From Kineococcus radiotolerans SRS30216 = ATCC BAA-149 (GTDB lineage: Bacteria; Actinomycetota; Actinomycetes; Actinomycetales; Kineococcaceae): a stretch of 32,000 nucleotides of DNA. The stretch's first letter is position 1. Each line of letters opens with the position of its first letter. The stretch lies in the NCBI RefSeq assembly GCF_000017305.1, contig NC_009664.2, positions 3,480,001-3,512,000 on the forward strand, in the 5' to 3' direction. Of the stretch, positions 29,691 through 32,000 are shown in pieces. The notes under the pieces are model-generated. The model ran no database searches. It saw only the letters and a program-made list of their open reading frames with translations, and was not told where the DNA came from. Made by a program: the position numbers and the translations under genes.

Positions 29691-32000
29691 GTGACGACCA
29701 CACCCGAAGAGAACGCCGCCCCCACCGCCGAGGGCGCAGCCACCGCGCGCCCCCGTCGACGCCGCGCCGCCAGCCGCCCCGCCGGTCCACCGGCCCGCGT
29801 CCAGCCGGAGAGCGCGCCGGCCGAGCCCGCCGCGCCGGCGGCGTCGGAGTCGACGCCCGCCGTGGAGCCCGCCGCCGAGCCGGTGGTCGAGGCCCCCGCC
29901 GTCGAGGCCCCCGCCGTCGAGGCCCCCGCGGCTGAGACCCCTGCGGCCGAGGTCCCCGTCGTCGAGACCCCCGCGGTCGAGGCTCCCGTCGAGGCGGTCG
30001 CCGCGGCCGAACCCGCCCCGCGTCGCCGGACCCGCCGGGCGACCCGCAAGGTCGCCGCCCCGGCGGAGACCGTGGTCGAGCCCGCGGCCGTGGCCGCCCC
30101 GGCCGAGGTCCCGTCGGAGCCCGCGCCCGCACCCGAGACCGCCGCCGAGCCGGTCGCCGAGGCCCCCGAGGCCCCGGCCGCGCCCGCCCGTCGTCGCCGG
30201 AGCCGCAAGGCGGTCGCGCCCGCCCCCCTCGCCGAGGCCCCCGCCGTCGAGGCCCCCGCCGTCCCGGAGGTCGAGGCGCCCCGGACCGAGGTCGTCGCCG
30301 TCGCCGAGGACGCCCCGGTGGAGGAGACCCCCGTCGAGACCCCTGTCGCGGCCGCCGTCGAGGCGCCGGCCGCGCCGGCTCCCGTCGCGGCGACCGCCCC
30401 CGCCGCGCCCGCCGAGCAGCCCGACCTCATGGACGACCCCGTCCTCCTGCGCGCCGCCGGGTTCGCCCAGGGCCGCCGCGCGCCCTCCGAGGGCGAGCGC
30501 GCCGCCGACGCGGCCGCCCGGGCGACCGCGCTGTTCTTCCAGGCCCCCGTCGACGAGGCGCCCACCCGCCGCAGCCGCCGGGCGTCCGCCCCCGCGGGCC
30601 CGCCGCCCGTCAGCGACCGGGAGGCCCCCGCCCTCGACGAGGACGACGACCTCCTCCTCGACGACCTCCTCCCCGGAGCGGACGACGAGGCCGGTGAGGA
30701 CGCCCCCGAGCTCGACGGCGACGCGCCCGGCTCGGCCGAGGACGGCGACGAGGAGCAGGACGAGGACGGCGGCGCCCCGCGCCGACGCCGTCGCCGCGGT
30801 GGCCGCGGCCGCCGCAGCCGCACCCGCGAGGACGGCGAGGCCGACACCGACGAGGAGCCCACCGAGGCCGGCGAGGTCGGCGAGGCCCGTGACGGGTCCG
30901 ACGACGAGGAGCCCGAGGCCGGCGCGTCCGCCTCCGACGACGAGGACGAGGACGGGGAGGAGCCCAGCGGCTCCTCGCGCCGCCGTCGCCGCCGTCGTCG
31001 GCGCAGCGGGGCCGGGGAGACCGAGGACGGCTCGCCCGACGACCCGCCCAACACCGTCACCCGGGTCCGCGAGCCGCGTCGCCCGCGCACCGGCGCGGCG
31101 ACGACGGGCGGCACCGGCGAGGACGAGATCACCGCGCTCAAGGGCTCCACGCGCCTGGAGGCCAAGAAGCAGCGCCGCCGCGAGGGCCGCGAGCAGGGGC
31201 GCAAGCGGGCCATCCTCACCGAGGCCGAGTTCCTCGCCCGCCGCGAGGCCGTCGAGCGCGTCATGGTCGTGCGCCAGCAGGCCGACAAGACGCAGATCGG
31301 TGTCCTCGAGGACGGGATCCTCGTCGAGCACTACGGGGCGAAGCTCGCCCAGACGACGATGGTCGGCAACGTCTACCTCGGCCGGGTGCAGAACGTGCTG
31401 CCCAGCATGGAGGCCGCCTTCATCGACGTCGGCAAGGGCCGCAACGCCGTCCTGTACGCCGGCGAGGTGAACTGGGACGCCGCGGGCCTGGAGGGCCAGC
31501 CCCGCCGCATCGAGGCCGCGCTGAAGTCCGGCGACCCCGTCCTCGTCCAGGTCACCAAGGACCCCGTCGGCCACAAGGGCGCGCGGCTCACCAGCCAGGT
31601 CTCCCTGCCCGGCCGCTACCTGGTCTACGTCCCGCGCGGGTCGATGACCGGCATCTCCCGCAAGCTGCCCGACACCGAGCGCGCGCGGCTGAAGAAGGTC
31701 CTCAAGCAGGTCGTGCCCGAGGGGGCGGGCGTCATCGTGCGCACCGCCGCCGAGGGGGTCGCCGAGGAGGAGCTGGCCGCGGACGTGCAGCGCCTGCAGG
31801 CGACGTGGGAGGCCATCCAGGCCAAGGCGTCGAGCAAGAACGCGCCCGTCCTGCTGCACGGGGAGCCGGACCTGACCGTCCGGGTCGTGCGCGACGTCTT
31901 CAACGAGGACTTCACCAAGCTCGTCATCTCCGGCGACGAGGCCTGGGAGACCGTGCGCGGTTACGTCGACGACGTCGCCCCCGACCTCGCCGAGCGCCTC
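29691..32000 (+). CDS. rne: Ribonuclease E (RNase E/G family), 5' part; it continues past the window end
   Basis: This frame is open from before 29600 to base 32000, so it has no stop and is missing from the ORF track. From about 31263 the S1/catalytic core appears: MVVRQQADKTQIGVLEDGILVEHY...VGNVYLGRVQNVLPSMEAAFIDVGKGRNAVLY...VQVTKDPVGHKGARLT...GVIVRTAAEG. It is preceded by about 520 aa of Pro/Ala/Glu, poly-Arg and acidic low-complexity sequence. I chose GTG 29691 (GGAG 5 nt upstream). In-frame GTGs at 29646 and 29658 are alternatives. Confidence 0.88.
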   Translation, partial: MTTTPEENAAPTAEGAATARPRRRRAASRPAGPPARVQPESAPAEPAAPAASESTPAVEPAAEPVVEAPAVEAPAVEAPAAETPAAEVPVVETPAVEAPVEAVAAAEPAPRRRTRRATRKVAAPAETVVEPAAVAAPAEVPSEPAPAPETAAEPVAEAPEAPAAPARRRRSRKAVAPAPLAEAPAVEAPAVPEVEAPRTEVVAVAEDAPVEETPVETPVAAAVEAPAAPAPVAATAPAAPAEQPDLMDDPVLLRAAGFAQGRRAPSEGERAADAAARATALFFQAPVDEAPTRRSRRASAPAGPPPVSDREAPALDEDDDLLLDDLLPGADDEAGEDAPELDGDAPGSAEDGDEEQDEDGGAPRRRRRRGGRGRRSRTREDGEADTDEEPTEAGEVGEARDGSDDEEPEAGASASDDEDEDGEEPSGSSRRRRRRRRRSGAGETEDGSPDDPPNTVTRVREPRRPRTGAATTGGTGEDEITALKGSTRLEAKKQRRREGREQGRKRAILTEAEFLARREAVERVMVVRQQADKTQIGVLEDGILVEHYGAKLAQTTMVGNVYLGRVQNVLPSMEAAFIDVGKGRNAVLYAGEVNWDAAGLEGQPRRIEAALKSGDPVLVQVTKDPVGHKGARLTSQVSLPGRYLVYVPRGSMTGISRKLPDTERARLKKVLKQVVPEGAGVIVRTAAEGVAEEELAADVQRLQATWEAIQAKASSKNAPVLLHGEPDLTVRVVRDVFNEDFTKLVISGDEAWETVRGYVDDVAPDLAERL
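29886..29990 (+). repeat. Seven tandem 15-bp units (GTCGAGGCCCCCGCC-like) encoding (V/A)E(A/T/V)P(A/V) pentapeptide repeats inside rne
   Basis: Units start at 29886, 29901, 29916, 29931, 29946, 29961 and 29976. The first two are identical. Further copies occur near 30232-30280. Confidence 0.8.

Overview
High-GC (roughly 70-75%) actinobacterial chromosomal DNA, densely coding, with no rRNA, tRNA, CRISPR or mobile element that I can see. Four blocks are present. (1) 1-4243: the tail of an unknown CDS, a GH3 beta-glucosidase, a clan GH-A glycosidase and a GNAT acetyltransferase. (2) 4378-8132: a SAM-binding riboswitch followed by a methionine operon (rhodanese, O-succinylhomoserine sulfhydrylase MetZ, a short MetE-like methionine synthase, a class I methyltransferase). 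A 639-aa FAD/NAD(P)-binding protein converges on it and overlaps its end. (3) 10154-23199: a galactoside utilisation island with a ROK regulator, GH36 alpha-galactosidase, DeoR regulator, CUT1 ABC substrate-binding protein (SBP) plus two permeases, GH2 beta-galactosidase, AraC regulator and GH27 alpha-galactosidase. (4) 23243-29310, minus strand: a second, paralogous SAM riboswitch heads a five-gene operon. It encodes a sugar-type ABC importer (SBP plus two permeases), a DszA/NtaA-family flavin monooxygenase and an SfnB/DszC-type flavoprotein. This is the most interesting element and a candidate undescribed organosulfur or thioether salvage system under SAM control. From about 29691 to the window end runs the 5' part of RNase E. 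It is absent from the ORF track because it has no stop in the window, and it has a long repeat-rich disordered N-terminal extension. Most long alternate-frame and antisense ORFs in the track are high-GC artefacts.
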